Source of the DNA: a virus | Lineage: Duplodnaviria; Caudoviricetes | Reading direction: 5' to 3' (one strand) | Virus record (IMG/VR): IMGVR_UViG_3300019872_000002 | Span: 1-64,000 of that record | DNA length: 64,000 bases | In this document: positions 1-9,923 of the stretch, in pieces | How positions within the stretch are numbered: position 1 is the first letter of the stretch | How the letters are laid out: each line of letters opens with the position of its first letter | The notes under the pieces: model-generated | Database searches by the model: none | What the model was told of the DNA's origin: nothing | The model's input: only the letters and a program-made list of their open reading frames with translations | Position numbers and translations under genes: made by a program

Positions 1-87
1 GATGGCGATGGCGATGGCGATGGCGATGGCGATGGCGATGGCTATGGCGATGGCGATGGCTATGGCGATGGCTCTGGCTATGGCTCT
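1..87 (+). repeat. GATGGC/TATGGC hexamer tandem repeat (coding)
   Basis: Read directly: (GATGGC)n with TAT/TCT variants, encoding GD/GY/GS dipeptides. Confidence 0.95.
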
Positions 88-618
88 AAATCAAAAACCT
101 TCACACCACCAGAAAAGCCAAACAAAGAATATCGAAAAGGTTTTTTAACAACTGAAATAGCTTCGTTTAAAACCTTTAATAAAAAACCTGTTTATTACGT
201 TGACAATATACCGTGTATTTTCCTCTCTGTCGTAAACAATGTGGCTAAGGTTTTAGTAATCCGTGACGATTTTAGTACTCAAAAGCAATACATAGCTAAA
301 TCAAATGACTTGTTTGCACATGGTGAGACAAAAGAAAAGGCTATACAGGCGGTTAATGACAAGTTTTATGCTTCACTTTCATTCACAGAGAAAAAAGACG
401 AGTTTTTAAAGCTGTTCAAAAAGGATGAGAAGTATCCTAACAAACTATTTTTTGACTGGCATCATTTTTTAACAGGTAGCTGTCATAGTGGAAGAATGAT
501 GTTTGTAGAATCACGTGGAATAGATTTAAGCGCAGAAATGACAACGCTTGACTTTCTTAAGTTAACTAAAAACGAGTATAACGGACAGGTTATAAAGGAT
601 CTTATTGATTGCTATTAA
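1..618 (+). CDS. 5'-truncated phage protein with Gly-Asp/Gly-Tyr repeat N-terminal tract
   Basis: Frame 1 is open from base 1 (DGDGDGDGDGDGDGYGDGDGYGDGSGYGSKSK...) into the listed 241..618 ORF, so the true start lies outside the window. Confidence 0.85.
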   Translation, partial: DGDGDGDGDGDGDGYGDGDGYGDGSGYGSKSKTFTPPEKPNKEYRKGFLTTEIASFKTFNKKPVYYVDNIPCIFLSVVNNVAKVLVIRDDFSTQKQYIAKSNDLFAHGETKEKAIQAVNDKFYASLSFTEKKDEFLKLFKKDEKYPNKLFFDWHHFLTGSCHSGRMMFVESRGIDLSAEMTTLDFLKLTKNEYNGQVIKDLIDCY

Positions 619-733
619 CTATAGATCGGAGGCGATTAAACTCCCTCCGGTTATGTAATGTTAGTATTACCGGGTTCCAACTCCCGGATGTGAGATACAG
701 AGGACACAAACAACGTAACTAATTAATAGGGAT

Positions 734-1891
734 ATGAATGTACTAAGTTTTTTTGACGGCATGAGCTGCGGAAGAATTGCTTTAGAAAGAGCCGGTATAA
801 GGGTTGATAATTACTTTGCAGCTGAGATAGACAAATACGCAATAAAAGTATCTAAATATAACTATCCGGATATAATTCAGCTTGGAGACGTTTGTAATAT
901 AAAAGCTAATCAGCTGCCTAAAATAGACTTGTTTATGGGCGGTTCTCCTTGTCAAGGGTTTAGTTTTGCAGGCAGGCAATTGAATTTCAATGATCCCAGA
1001 AGCAAGCTATTTTTTGAGTATAACAGAGTTTTGAAAGAAATACTACTTTTAAATCCAGATGTTAAATTCCTTTTAGAAAATGTAGTAATGAAAAAAGAAT
1101 ATCAAAATGTGATTAGTTCATATTTAGGCGTTCAACCCATTATGATAAATTCTGCTCTAGTTTCTGCACAAAACAGAAAACGACTTTACTGGACTAACAT
1201 ATCTGGAATACAGCAACCTAATGATAAAGGTATAATACTAGAGAATATTTTACAGGAAGATATCTTTGATAGATTTTCAGTGACAAAAAATACTAATCCA
1301 TCTGGTCGCGGAATGAATGGAGTTATTCATTTAATAAGTAATAAGGCTCCATGTTTGACGACTAATAAAGGAGAGGGCGTTAAAATAGGTGTATTAGAAA
1401 AAAAATCATTAACTCTTTGCGCTGGTTATGCTAACAATCCAAATCTAAACGACTATTTAGTTAAAAGGATCAAACAAATGGTTCCTGTTTTAGTAGGGCG
1501 TATAAACAGTTCTCAAGACGGTAAAATCGTATCCCCATTTGGAAAAAGCTACTGTCATACAGCTGGTAATGGGAATGTCCCCAAAGTAGCAATAGAACAA
1601 AGATCAAGAGGGAATAACAAAGGAGGTTTTCACTACAATAAAAGCCCTACATTAACGAGTAATTCATGGCAAGAAAACAATAAATTGACCAATGGTCTAT
1701 ATTACCGAAAGTTAACTCCTATTGAATGTGAGAGGCTGCAAACCATTCCTGATAACTATACTCAATGTGTATCCAATAGTCAACGATACAAGATGCTAGG
1801 CAATGGATGGACGATAGATGTGATTGTAGGCTTTTTTAAAAAACTTTCTAATGAACCTCAAAAAAGAAGTAAACAACTAGAGTTATTCTAA
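734..1891 (+). CDS. DNA (cytosine-5)-methyltransferase
   Basis: Motif I FFDGMSCG, motif IV GGSPCQ, motif VI LLENV, motif VIII QNRKRLYW, and C-terminal RKLTPIECERLQ and YKMLGNGW. Confidence 0.95.
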   Translation: MNVLSFFDGMSCGRIALERAGIRVDNYFAAEIDKYAIKVSKYNYPDIIQLGDVCNIKANQLPKIDLFMGGSPCQGFSFAGRQLNFNDPRSKLFFEYNRVLKEILLLNPDVKFLLENVVMKKEYQNVISSYLGVQPIMINSALVSAQNRKRLYWTNISGIQQPNDKGIILENILQEDIFDRFSVTKNTNPSGRGMNGVIHLISNKAPCLTTNKGEGVKIGVLEKKSLTLCAGYANNPNLNDYLVKRIKQMVPVLVGRINSSQDGKIVSPFGKSYCHTAGNGNVPKVAIEQRSRGNNKGGFHYNKSPTLTSNSWQENNKLTNGLYYRKLTPIECERLQTIPDNYTQCVSNSQRYKMLGNGWTIDVIVGFFKKLSNEPQKRSKQLELF

Positions 1892-1908
1892 CAATATTAA
1901 CAACTAAT

Positions 1909-2902
1909 ATGGATAAGGAAATGAGCAGATGTAACGAATGGAATAGCGCATTACAGGGCTTTGGGTGGTATTTAGTGAAGCAAGGGTTTATCCTTGACAT
2001 AAGAGGTATAAAGGGTAAATCAGACCGTTATTATGGCGTAGAATTGCACAAGATTATCAATAAGTATTGTAGGGTCAAAAAGATACAGGGAAGTTTTTCA
2101 ACTAGGATTTTAAAAATGAACGAAGACTTCAAATCATTCAGAGAATGGGTAACTGAAAATAGACAAACATATTTAGCCAAATATTTAGATACCAGTGTAT
2201 GAAAACAAGATTTATAGACACAGACAAAAGAATAGCCATATTGGTTATTACCGCAGGGTTGTTGCTCCTTGCTGTGCTTTTGATATGGCACCGGCCAATT
2301 GAACGCCAGGGATATTTCACAATCGAAAAGACAAGCGATAGCGAGTGGCAGGTAAGCCAGACTAATTACCCGGATACAACGATCAGAGATACCGTTTTAA
2401 TTGACGGAATGGTATTGTATCCTACTACCCATTATTTAAGAGTTTTAAATTAAGGGATATGGAAAGTTTAATAGGAAAACAATATCTGTCACGAGATAAC
2501 TCGTATTGCGAAAATCTAAGCAATGGCATAGACCGAATATTAGCCGGTACAGCTTGGCAAGATGCTCAAGTAACTACAATCATTTGCGAGCCATACGATG
2601 ACGAAGTTTCATTTATGGACGTAAAGCACACTTACAAATTCGTCAATGTCCAAGATAGTAGGCGTGAACACCACAAAGTAACGTTTCATCCTCACGGAAT
2701 TGTGACCGAAAGCAATACAGTTGAAAAGATGCTAAACGGTGATCAATTCAGAAATCCAAATGGAGATATGTTTTACTTCGATCATTTTTGATATATGGAA
2801 GAGATCTTAACAGCAATCGAAAAGCATCACCAAACGTCAATATATCTAATGATATTCATCATTTTATGTATAATACTATATAAACCTGAGAAAGAAAAAT
2901 AG
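1909..2902 (+). CDS. Cluster of four small hypothetical ORFs (1909..2202, 2199..2453, 2459..2791, 2795..2902); the second and fourth have one TM helix
   Basis: Abutting or overlapping ORFs in operon arrangement. 2795..2902 (MEEILTAIEKHHQTSIYLMIFIILCIILYKPEKEK) was read manually. Confidence 0.65.
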
Positions 2903-2931
2903 AAATATTTCTCATTTAACACAAAATATCT

Positions 2932-2939
2932 CATCTTTG
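2932..2939 (+). promoter_or_regulatory. Putative Bacteroidota -7 promoter box (CATCTTTG) for the Rep-like gene leader
   Basis: One mismatch to TAnnTTTG, in an AT-rich intergenic gap directly before the structured leader. Confidence 0.45.
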
Positions 2940-2951
2940 CGGTACGATATC

Positions 2952-3101
2952 AACGCATTTGCAGGCAGTCGATAGAGTAAAGTACCAGTTATACAAAGAT
3001 AATCCAGAAGGGTTAGCGAGTCATACAAACAATACATCAACCTAAAAAATCTGCCTGCAAGCGTTTATTTTCGATGTTATTGTTAGACCGCTAACCCTTT
3101 T
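2952..3101 (+). promoter_or_regulatory. Structured 5' leader (long hairpin plus loop pairing; attenuator or pseudoknot-like)
   Basis: 3008-3018 pairs with 3089-3099 (11 bp), extended by 3028-3038/3073-3084. Loop 3051-3065 is complementary to 2952-2968. A T-run follows the stem just before the TTG start. Confidence 0.7.
2994..3001 (-). promoter_or_regulatory. Putative antisense promoter -7 box (TATCTTTG)
   Basis: Exact TAnnTTTG match on the minus strand inside the leader. The nearest upstream TTTG is 24 nt away, longer than the usual spacer. Confidence 0.4.
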
Positions 3102-3104
3102 ACT

Positions 3105-3917
3105 TTGCAACTAAGACCTACATCATTAAGTAAATCAGCAATCATTAACATTGCTACCAATTACGGTAGGGATTATATGAATGCGTACTTATTTGTAAGG
3201 CAATTAGCAAATCAATACAAACACCCGATAATTTTAGATTATAAATCTCAGCTGAATAACATTAGGTTATCAATGGGGGTAAGGGACAAGAAATTCAGAG
3301 AACTAACAAATGAAGCTATCCGCAGCGGTTTAGTCAAAATAGAGGGAAAGCATTTAAGACTCCTTTCCTCCACTAAAGACAGAACATTCAAGACCAGCAA
3401 AAAGAACGATTACTATTCTACATCTAATCCGGCTCTTTTTAAAAACATGGTTTTAATATCATATCATTACCAAAAACAATACGCAATACTACGCAGCAAT
3501 AAAGTTCAACCAGAAATAAGATTAAAGAACAGTGAACAGTATGCCACGTACAATTCAAATAACTACGCTATTACCCTATCTTGTAAGTCAGTTTCCAAAC
3601 TTCTTCAACTTAACTCTACGTCCCAAGCTAAGAAAGCGATAGAGGACTTAACCAGAAGAAACCTAATTAAAGTCACCAAGCACATAGTTAGGATAACAAA
3701 AGAAGAATTTAACCTTGAACTATTATCCGGACGTAAAAACATACGCTACGATAAGGTTAATAAATCATGGTTTAAAATCGAAGCGTCAACATTTGAATTG
3801 AATTTTAACTTCAAAAGGATTACCTATTCTAAATTTGATCACCTACCACAGGAACAGCAAATAATGTATTTGTCACAAGGGTACACCGTAGATCAGATTA
3901 ACAAGATTATAGTTTAG
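3105..3917 (+). CDS. Putative replication initiator / double winged-HTH DNA-binding protein
   Basis: TTG start, basic protein with two wHTH-like segments (IRLSMGVRDKKFRELTNEAIRSGLVKIEG; LSCKSVSKLLQLNSTSQAKKAIEDLTRRNLIKV). The function is inferred. Confidence 0.5.
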   Translation: MQLRPTSLSKSAIINIATNYGRDYMNAYLFVRQLANQYKHPIILDYKSQLNNIRLSMGVRDKKFRELTNEAIRSGLVKIEGKHLRLLSSTKDRTFKTSKKNDYYSTSNPALFKNMVLISYHYQKQYAILRSNKVQPEIRLKNSEQYATYNSNNYAITLSCKSVSKLLQLNSTSQAKKAIEDLTRRNLIKVTKHIVRITKEEFNLELLSGRKNIRYDKVNKSWFKIEASTFELNFNFKRITYSKFDHLPQEQQIMYLSQGYTVDQINKIIV

Positions 3918-3987
3918 GTTTCCTTTTACATCTTATAGTATATTCTAAGCTAGAAATGGCAATTATAAACATATAATCAAAAAAAAG

Positions 3988-5407
3988 ATGAAATACATCA
4001 AAGAAATAAAGTCTCAAAAATTTGAGGAAGCGTTAGGCTTAGATAAAAGCCAAGTAAAAAGATTGAAAAATGCAATAAGTAAAGCTTATGATCAGAATTG
4101 GCATTTAACGGGGCCAAATGTTGACCAGATTAACGCTTTCGTTGCTCCGTATATCAAAACTCAGGAAGAGGCATTTTATGCAGCTCAGGTTATTCTTTCA
4201 GACGTGTACGGGTCAGTCATTGAGAGAAATAAAAACGTGAATTAAATCAGCTTAAACCAACCAAAATAAACAGTATGAAATATGTATCAGAATTAAAAGT
4301 AGGTGAGGCTATTTGGTGCCACACTGGAAGCGAAGAGCGAAGGATACTAGCTTTAGCTAAAAACATTGCAAAGGTTCATTGTTACGATGATGAGGTAGCT
4401 GGTATGACCTCCTCCGTTTTGATTAAAGAAAGTGACGGTTCTTTTAGCCTGCACTCTTCAAATGAGCTAACTATAAATCGCTTATATTATAGCGATGTTC
4501 AAGTATTCACCTCAACAGCATTTGTATGAAAACTTTTCCAAACACCAGAATCGAACAGGATTGGCAACTGAATCAAGACCAACCTATGTACGAATATTTA
4601 TTAAGGCAAAAGAAGGCTCAGGAGGCACGCGATAGAGCGGATATGATACTTTACCTATGGTTTATAGGAAAGTTGCTCTTGTGCGTCCTAATAGCGGTAG
4701 TTTTAGGTATTACCATAGCATCATTAATCTTCAATTGGTAATGAAACTGCTCATCTTCAAAATTTACATCCTGTTTGCATGTTGCTGTTTTTTGTACGGC
4801 CATGCATACGGGTATATGTTAGGCTATTTGATAGCCGGGTTATTCATCATTAAATATTACACAAAATGGCAGAAAAAGAGACAAAGTATGCGCAGGTAGT
4901 CGAGGACTTGAAAGAGCTGCGCAAGGATATGGAGTATACAGAGAGCCGTAGCCAAAGCAGGCAGGTCGCAATATTCCAGAGAAAGATGTTTGACCTCCGC
5001 AAGCAGGTGGACAGAATTATTGACGGACTCACTGTTACTAAAGAATAGGGATATGACAAAAGAAGAGTTTAAAATGAAAATGGAAGAATTGGTTAAGAAT
5101 TTCGGTTCTTATTGGGATGTTGGCAAAGAAATCTATCCAAGTCAATTCCCTGATGAAATGAATGCAGCGGAATGGTTTGAGCAATTTACTATCTATTCAG
5201 AACAAAAATTGTAACATGGAACTCCACAACAAAATAACAATATCAAGGATTATTAAGAATGATCCCCAGCTAGGCTCAAACCTATTGAATGATAAATTCA
5301 AACAGGATGCTTTAAAACAATTGGCAGAGCAATCCAAACTAAGTGAATACTTTTTGGATATTAACTTTAGCCAGGTCAGGTCTATTATTTACGCTCAGGG
5401 GCTTTAA
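3988..5407 (+). CDS. Cluster of small hypothetical ORFs (3988..4245, 4275..4529, 4526..4741, 4741..4899, 4866..5048, 5053..5214, 5216..5407)
   Basis: Tightly packed, translationally coupled ORFs. 4526..4741 and 4741..4899 carry TM segments. Confidence 0.65.
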
Positions 5408-5408
5408 T

Positions 5409-5882
5409 ATGAATACTCACAAAAATATACTAGATGCTTGCTGTGGCAGTAGGATGTTTTGGTTTGATAAACACAATCCAAACGTATTATTTCAAGACAT
5501 CCGAGAAGAAACACACACCTTATGTGATGATCGTATTTTGGAGATAAAACCGGATGTTATAGGGGATTTTAGAAATATGAAATTCGACGACAATAGTTTT
5601 AGAATGGTAGTATTTGATCCTCCACATCTCAATAAGTTAGGTAAATCATCGTGGATGGCTAAAAAATATGGAGTATTAAACTACCATTGGAGAGATGACT
5701 TGAAACAAGGCTTCGATGAATGTATGAGGGTATTGGAGCCTAATGGAGTCTTGATATTCAAATGGAACGAAATACAAATCAAACTTAATGATGTGTTGAG
5801 TATTATTCCTTATGAACCTTTGTTTGGTCACGTAACAGGTAAGCATGGTCGAACTATCTGGTTAGCATTTATCAAACATTAA
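5409..5882 (+). CDS. Small class I SAM-dependent DNA methyltransferase (amino-MTase type)
   Basis: ILDACCGSRM SAM-binding motif, VVFDPPH catalytic-type motif and RVLEPNGVLIFKW. ATG at 5409 is preferred over the listed 5343. Confidence 0.85.
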   Translation: MNTHKNILDACCGSRMFWFDKHNPNVLFQDIREETHTLCDDRILEIKPDVIGDFRNMKFDDNSFRMVVFDPPHLNKLGKSSWMAKKYGVLNYHWRDDLKQGFDECMRVLEPNGVLIFKWNEIQIKLNDVLSIIPYEPLFGHVTGKHGRTIWLAFIKH

Positions 5883-5893
5883 CGCACACACAA

Positions 5894-6244
5894 ATGAAGA
5901 AAACTAAATCAGAAATAGAGTTAGCAATCTCAATAGGGGAGAACATACGCAGGGTAAGAACGCATCAGGCTATTTCGGTCAATGATATAGCCGAAATATT
6001 AAAGATAACTCGCGTAGCCTACGGTAACATAGAGAGTGGGAAGACGGATATCACATTAAGCAGGCTAATTAAGCTCTGTAAGATACTAGAAATCCCAGTC
6101 CATGAAATTGTACACCATGAGATGATACCTAGCTTAGATCAAGCCTTTGAGGACTTAACAAAGGAGCTTAGGTTAGCTCAAAAAACAATTATCAGTTTAC
6201 AAAACAAGCTTCTTCGGAAAGAGGCTAGTGAAGACGAAAATTAA
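5894..6244 (+). CDS. XRE/Cro-family HTH transcriptional regulator with C-terminal coiled coil
   Basis: IGENIRRVR...ISVNDIAEILKITRVAYGNIESGKTDITLSRLIKLCKIL. Confidence 0.9.
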   Translation: MKKTKSEIELAISIGENIRRVRTHQAISVNDIAEILKITRVAYGNIESGKTDITLSRLIKLCKILEIPVHEIVHHEMIPSLDQAFEDLTKELRLAQKTIISLQNKLLRKEASEDEN

Positions 6245-6251
6245 TAGGGAT

Positions 6252-8897
6252 ATGGAAAGAGTTTTAAAACCGTTGGATTTAGTCAAGACACCACGCGGTA
6301 GTTTTGCTATCATTACAGAGCAAAATGACAATAGTTATTCAATCAGGTTTATAGGATCTTCCTATGGCGATAAAAACGCATGGTGGCAACAAAATGAAGG
6401 TCTTGAATATCTGGATAATTTACCCCGTGTTTTAGCAGTTAGTATGTGTCATCCTTTCGGGAATGGCAAAGGACAAGCGGAAGACGCTTTTAAATAAACA
6501 TAGAAATGGAAAAGCAAGAGATTGAAAAATTAGCAAAGGAGTTTTGCGATAAACAGGGATTGGAGAATTTAACCAGAAGTAAAGATGGGTTGGTTTATGT
6601 CAAAAATATTGTTTCAGATTTTGCTGAACACCTGCTGGAAAAAGGGGTGCTTGTGGAGGCTAAATCTAGTGATGATATAACGCAATTAGCTGAAAGTACA
6701 AAAAAATTGATAGTCAAATTGTTTCCTCCTTTGGAATTTGGCGAAGATCCTGATGTATGTGAGTTGTACGAATCAGTTGAAGAACTTGAAAAGATGGCAA
6801 CAGTTAGGGAAGGGAAGATTCAATTAACCCCTGCAAAGGTTATCAGCGATGAAAAGATTGAAGCCAAAGCAATTGAACTTGATACTGATTGGCGTTTCTA
6901 TAGTGGTATTGGCATCAAAAACCATTTATTAAAAATGGCTAAATGGTATCGTGAACAATTAAACATGAAACCATGAAGAAGCTTGTTAACCTCACCCTAA
7001 TCGTAGTAGCCCTCTACTGGTCTTACAAAGGCTACAAAAAGATAAGACAAGACATAGATAACGACTCTTGTCAATCGCATACTAACCCATCATTCAGTTG
7101 TCCAATTAAAAGTGGATCTTATTTTTAAACCTTAAAAAAATGAAAACTAATCCAAACGATAGTGCAAATGGTTTTGCAATACCCGGTGATGAAAAAGCAG
7201 GGTGGTTACCTGAAACAGTATCCGGTTTAACTAAGCGAGAATCATTCGAAATGGCCGCAATGCAAGGCTATATAACGAGCAACCCTACCGTATTGTACGA
7301 TATAAATGAATTGGCTCATTTATCTAACTGGTCAGTGGTTACAGCTAATGCTTTAATCAAAGCTCTAAATGAAGAACAAAATGAAGAAGCAACCCCAAAA
7401 TAAACTTGATCCTTTATCAGGGCAGTTTACACCGATAGCCAGGGAAAACACCAACCAAGAATTAACCTTCAACATCCTTCGTGTTGCGTATGCGGAACTA
7501 AAGCGCAGGAATAACATCTTGCTAACTGAAAACGCTAAACTCAGGGATGAAAACGAAAAACTTAAAGCAAATGGAAACAATAGTTATTAGTACAGCCTTG
7601 ATACTCATAAGTATTATAGCGAGTGGATATATAGGTGTTGTCCTGTATAAATCACATAAGGAGTATAAAAAAGCAATAGACCAGTATGAACGCTCTGAAC
7701 AGGTTTACGCCTTTAGAATGAAGATACTCCACTTATACGGTTGTGAAGCTATTGAAAGCTTACCTGAGTATCATGAAATGGTCGAAGACGGAAAAGAGCT
7801 GACAATGAAGAATTATTTGAATCCAGATAAAATTGTAAACCTAAATTAAAAGATTATGGACGGAAATTTAGCAATGGCTAATAGCCAACAGTACGACTCA
7901 GAAGCTGAGTTTAATGAAGCATATAAATCTTTTGTTGAATTTAAAGTGCAGCAATGCTTGTCGCTATCGTTTCAATTAGAAGGTTCAGTATTTAACTATA
8001 ATCAGAACGTTCCTTGCGTTTCAGTTCATAGATGGAGTAAAACATCACCTGATGATTATGACTTCAACTACGAGGCTTATTTTGGCTCTAATGCACAAAG
8101 GCTACATCATATCGTAGTTCAGTTAGAAAAACAAATTGAAATAGATAAACAAGCAAAACAATGATAGACTTAAAAGATCTTAAGAAAGAGTATCCCGAAG
8201 CGGATTACTTAGACGGATGGGTTTATCCTTCAGAAGGAGACGACTATCCAATTGAATACGATGATGGGGGCGCGATACTAGTGGACAATGAAATTGAAAA
8301 TTCACTGATGGACGAATATACCCTCGCTGTAGGCGTTGACAGCACCACAAGCATTAGAGAATACATTACCCATACATACGGGTCTTACAAGGAAGCATTT
8401 GACCTTATTTAATAACTAAAATCATGCACACAGAAACAGATTTATCACCAGCAATTATACTTCTTGAACGACACCTTATGACCATGTCATCCGCCGAGCA
8501 AATGCGTAATGTACATGGCTTAACACCAACTGAAATCAAGAATGATCAGAAAGTTTACGACAACCTAAAGAAGCCGTATGTGGAAGCAATCAGATTTTTA
8601 AAACAAATCACTAAGTAATAACAAAACACAAATTATATGAAAATTCAAATCAAATTAGCCGAAATAGAATATCAAATTACAGTAGAGCCTTCATGCTACA
8701 ACACCGTTAGATTAGGGACAAGCGAAAAGGGTAAGCCTACTGAAAGTCTTATCGGGTACTTTACCAATATGTCCCAATCTATTAAGAAAATAGTTCAATT
8801 CCACATGTCGGAATTAGACGAAGTACTCACCCTCAAAGAATACGCTGATCGTATTGATGAAGCTCACAAAAGTGTAATTGAACAAGTAGACTTGTAA
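6252..8897 (+). CDS. Cluster of small early hypothetical ORFs (6252..6497, 6506..6976, 6973..7128, 7140..7403, 7381..7590, 7571..7849, 7856..8164, 8161..8412, 8424..8618, 8637..8897)
   Basis: Contiguous co-oriented ORFs. 7140..7403 has a GLTKRE.F..AAMQG motif common in phage proteins. 6973..7128 was read manually as a TM protein. Confidence 0.65.
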
Positions 8898-8899
8898 TC

Positions 8900-9742
8900 A
8901 TGGAAGACAAAAAAGAACAAGAGACAGGAGTAGCGACAACAGAAACTAAAGCACCTGTAGTTAAAATACCAAAATTCACTGATCTTATTAAAGAGGACAG
9001 AGAAGAAGAAGTATTTCAGAGAGATAGTTTGAACTGGCTGCTAAATCAACCTCCTCCAGAAAAATGGTTAAAAATAAATAAGTACGCTACAGGGCCAAAA
9101 GTAATCAATGCAGAAGGCCAAGAGATTCAAATGCCATATAGGTATTTACCTATTGAAAAAGTAGAGTTATTATTGACTCGTATATTTCAAGTTTGGTCTG
9201 TCGAAATACTGAGGGAAGGCACTATGTTTAATTCAGTATACTGTGCGGTTAGGGTTTACTACAGAGACCCTATTACAGGGGAGATGATGCATCAAGACGG
9301 GATAGGTGCTACAGATGTGCAAACTAAGGCAGGCAAGCCTGCAAGTGACCTCTCAGCTATTGTAGCGGGGGCTATACAAAAAGGATTGCCTGCTGCTAAG
9401 ACCTATGCGGTGAAAGATGCTTGCGATCAAATTGGTAAGCTATTCGGCAAAGATTTAAACCGAGCTGATGCTATTGCTTTCACCATGGGTTATAACACCG
9501 GAGAGAAGACTATGGCAGAAACATTGGATGACAAGGTGGACACTCACGCTATACCTGCAGAGGTTGTTATTGCCATGCAGAAAGCAGAAAGTAAAAAGTC
9601 AGCCAATGAAGTTTACGCAGACCACCCGGAGTTACACGACATAGCCGAGTTCAAAGACTTAGTTAAGCAACGTCATGCAGAAATCGATCTATTAATCTTA
9701 CAAAAGAAAGCAGAGGAGGCTAAGAATGGCAACCAATCCTAA
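8900..9742 (+). CDS. Single-strand annealing recombinase (Sak/Rad52-like)
   Basis: YLPIEKVELLLTRIF...MHQDGIGA...AAKTYAVKDACDQIGKLFGKDLNR, and adjacent to an exonuclease. Confidence 0.7.
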   Translation: MEDKKEQETGVATTETKAPVVKIPKFTDLIKEDREEEVFQRDSLNWLLNQPPPEKWLKINKYATGPKVINAEGQEIQMPYRYLPIEKVELLLTRIFQVWSVEILREGTMFNSVYCAVRVYYRDPITGEMMHQDGIGATDVQTKAGKPASDLSAIVAGAIQKGLPAAKTYAVKDACDQIGKLFGKDLNRADAIAFTMGYNTGEKTMAETLDDKVDTHAIPAEVVIAMQKAESKKSANEVYADHPELHDIAEFKDLVKQRHAEIDLLILQKKAEEAKNGNQS

Positions 9743-9923
9743 ATACGAACTATGGAATTATCCTGTAGATAACGTAATGGTTTATGGCGTATGGAATACC
9801 GATATGCAGGCTAAACAGTATGTCGCTGAATGGGGTGACGTTGTTGCTCCCGATAAGGCTACGGTTGAACTAAAAGTAATTGAACTTAATTCTAATCAGA
9901 ATGGAAACAACGGAGATAAATAA
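9726..9923 (+). CDS. Hypothetical protein
   Basis: Fills the gap between the recombinase and exonuclease genes, overlapping both. Confidence 0.5.
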   Translation: MATNPKYELWNYPVDNVMVYGVWNTDMQAKQYVAEWGDVVAPDKATVELKVIELNSNQNGNNGDK

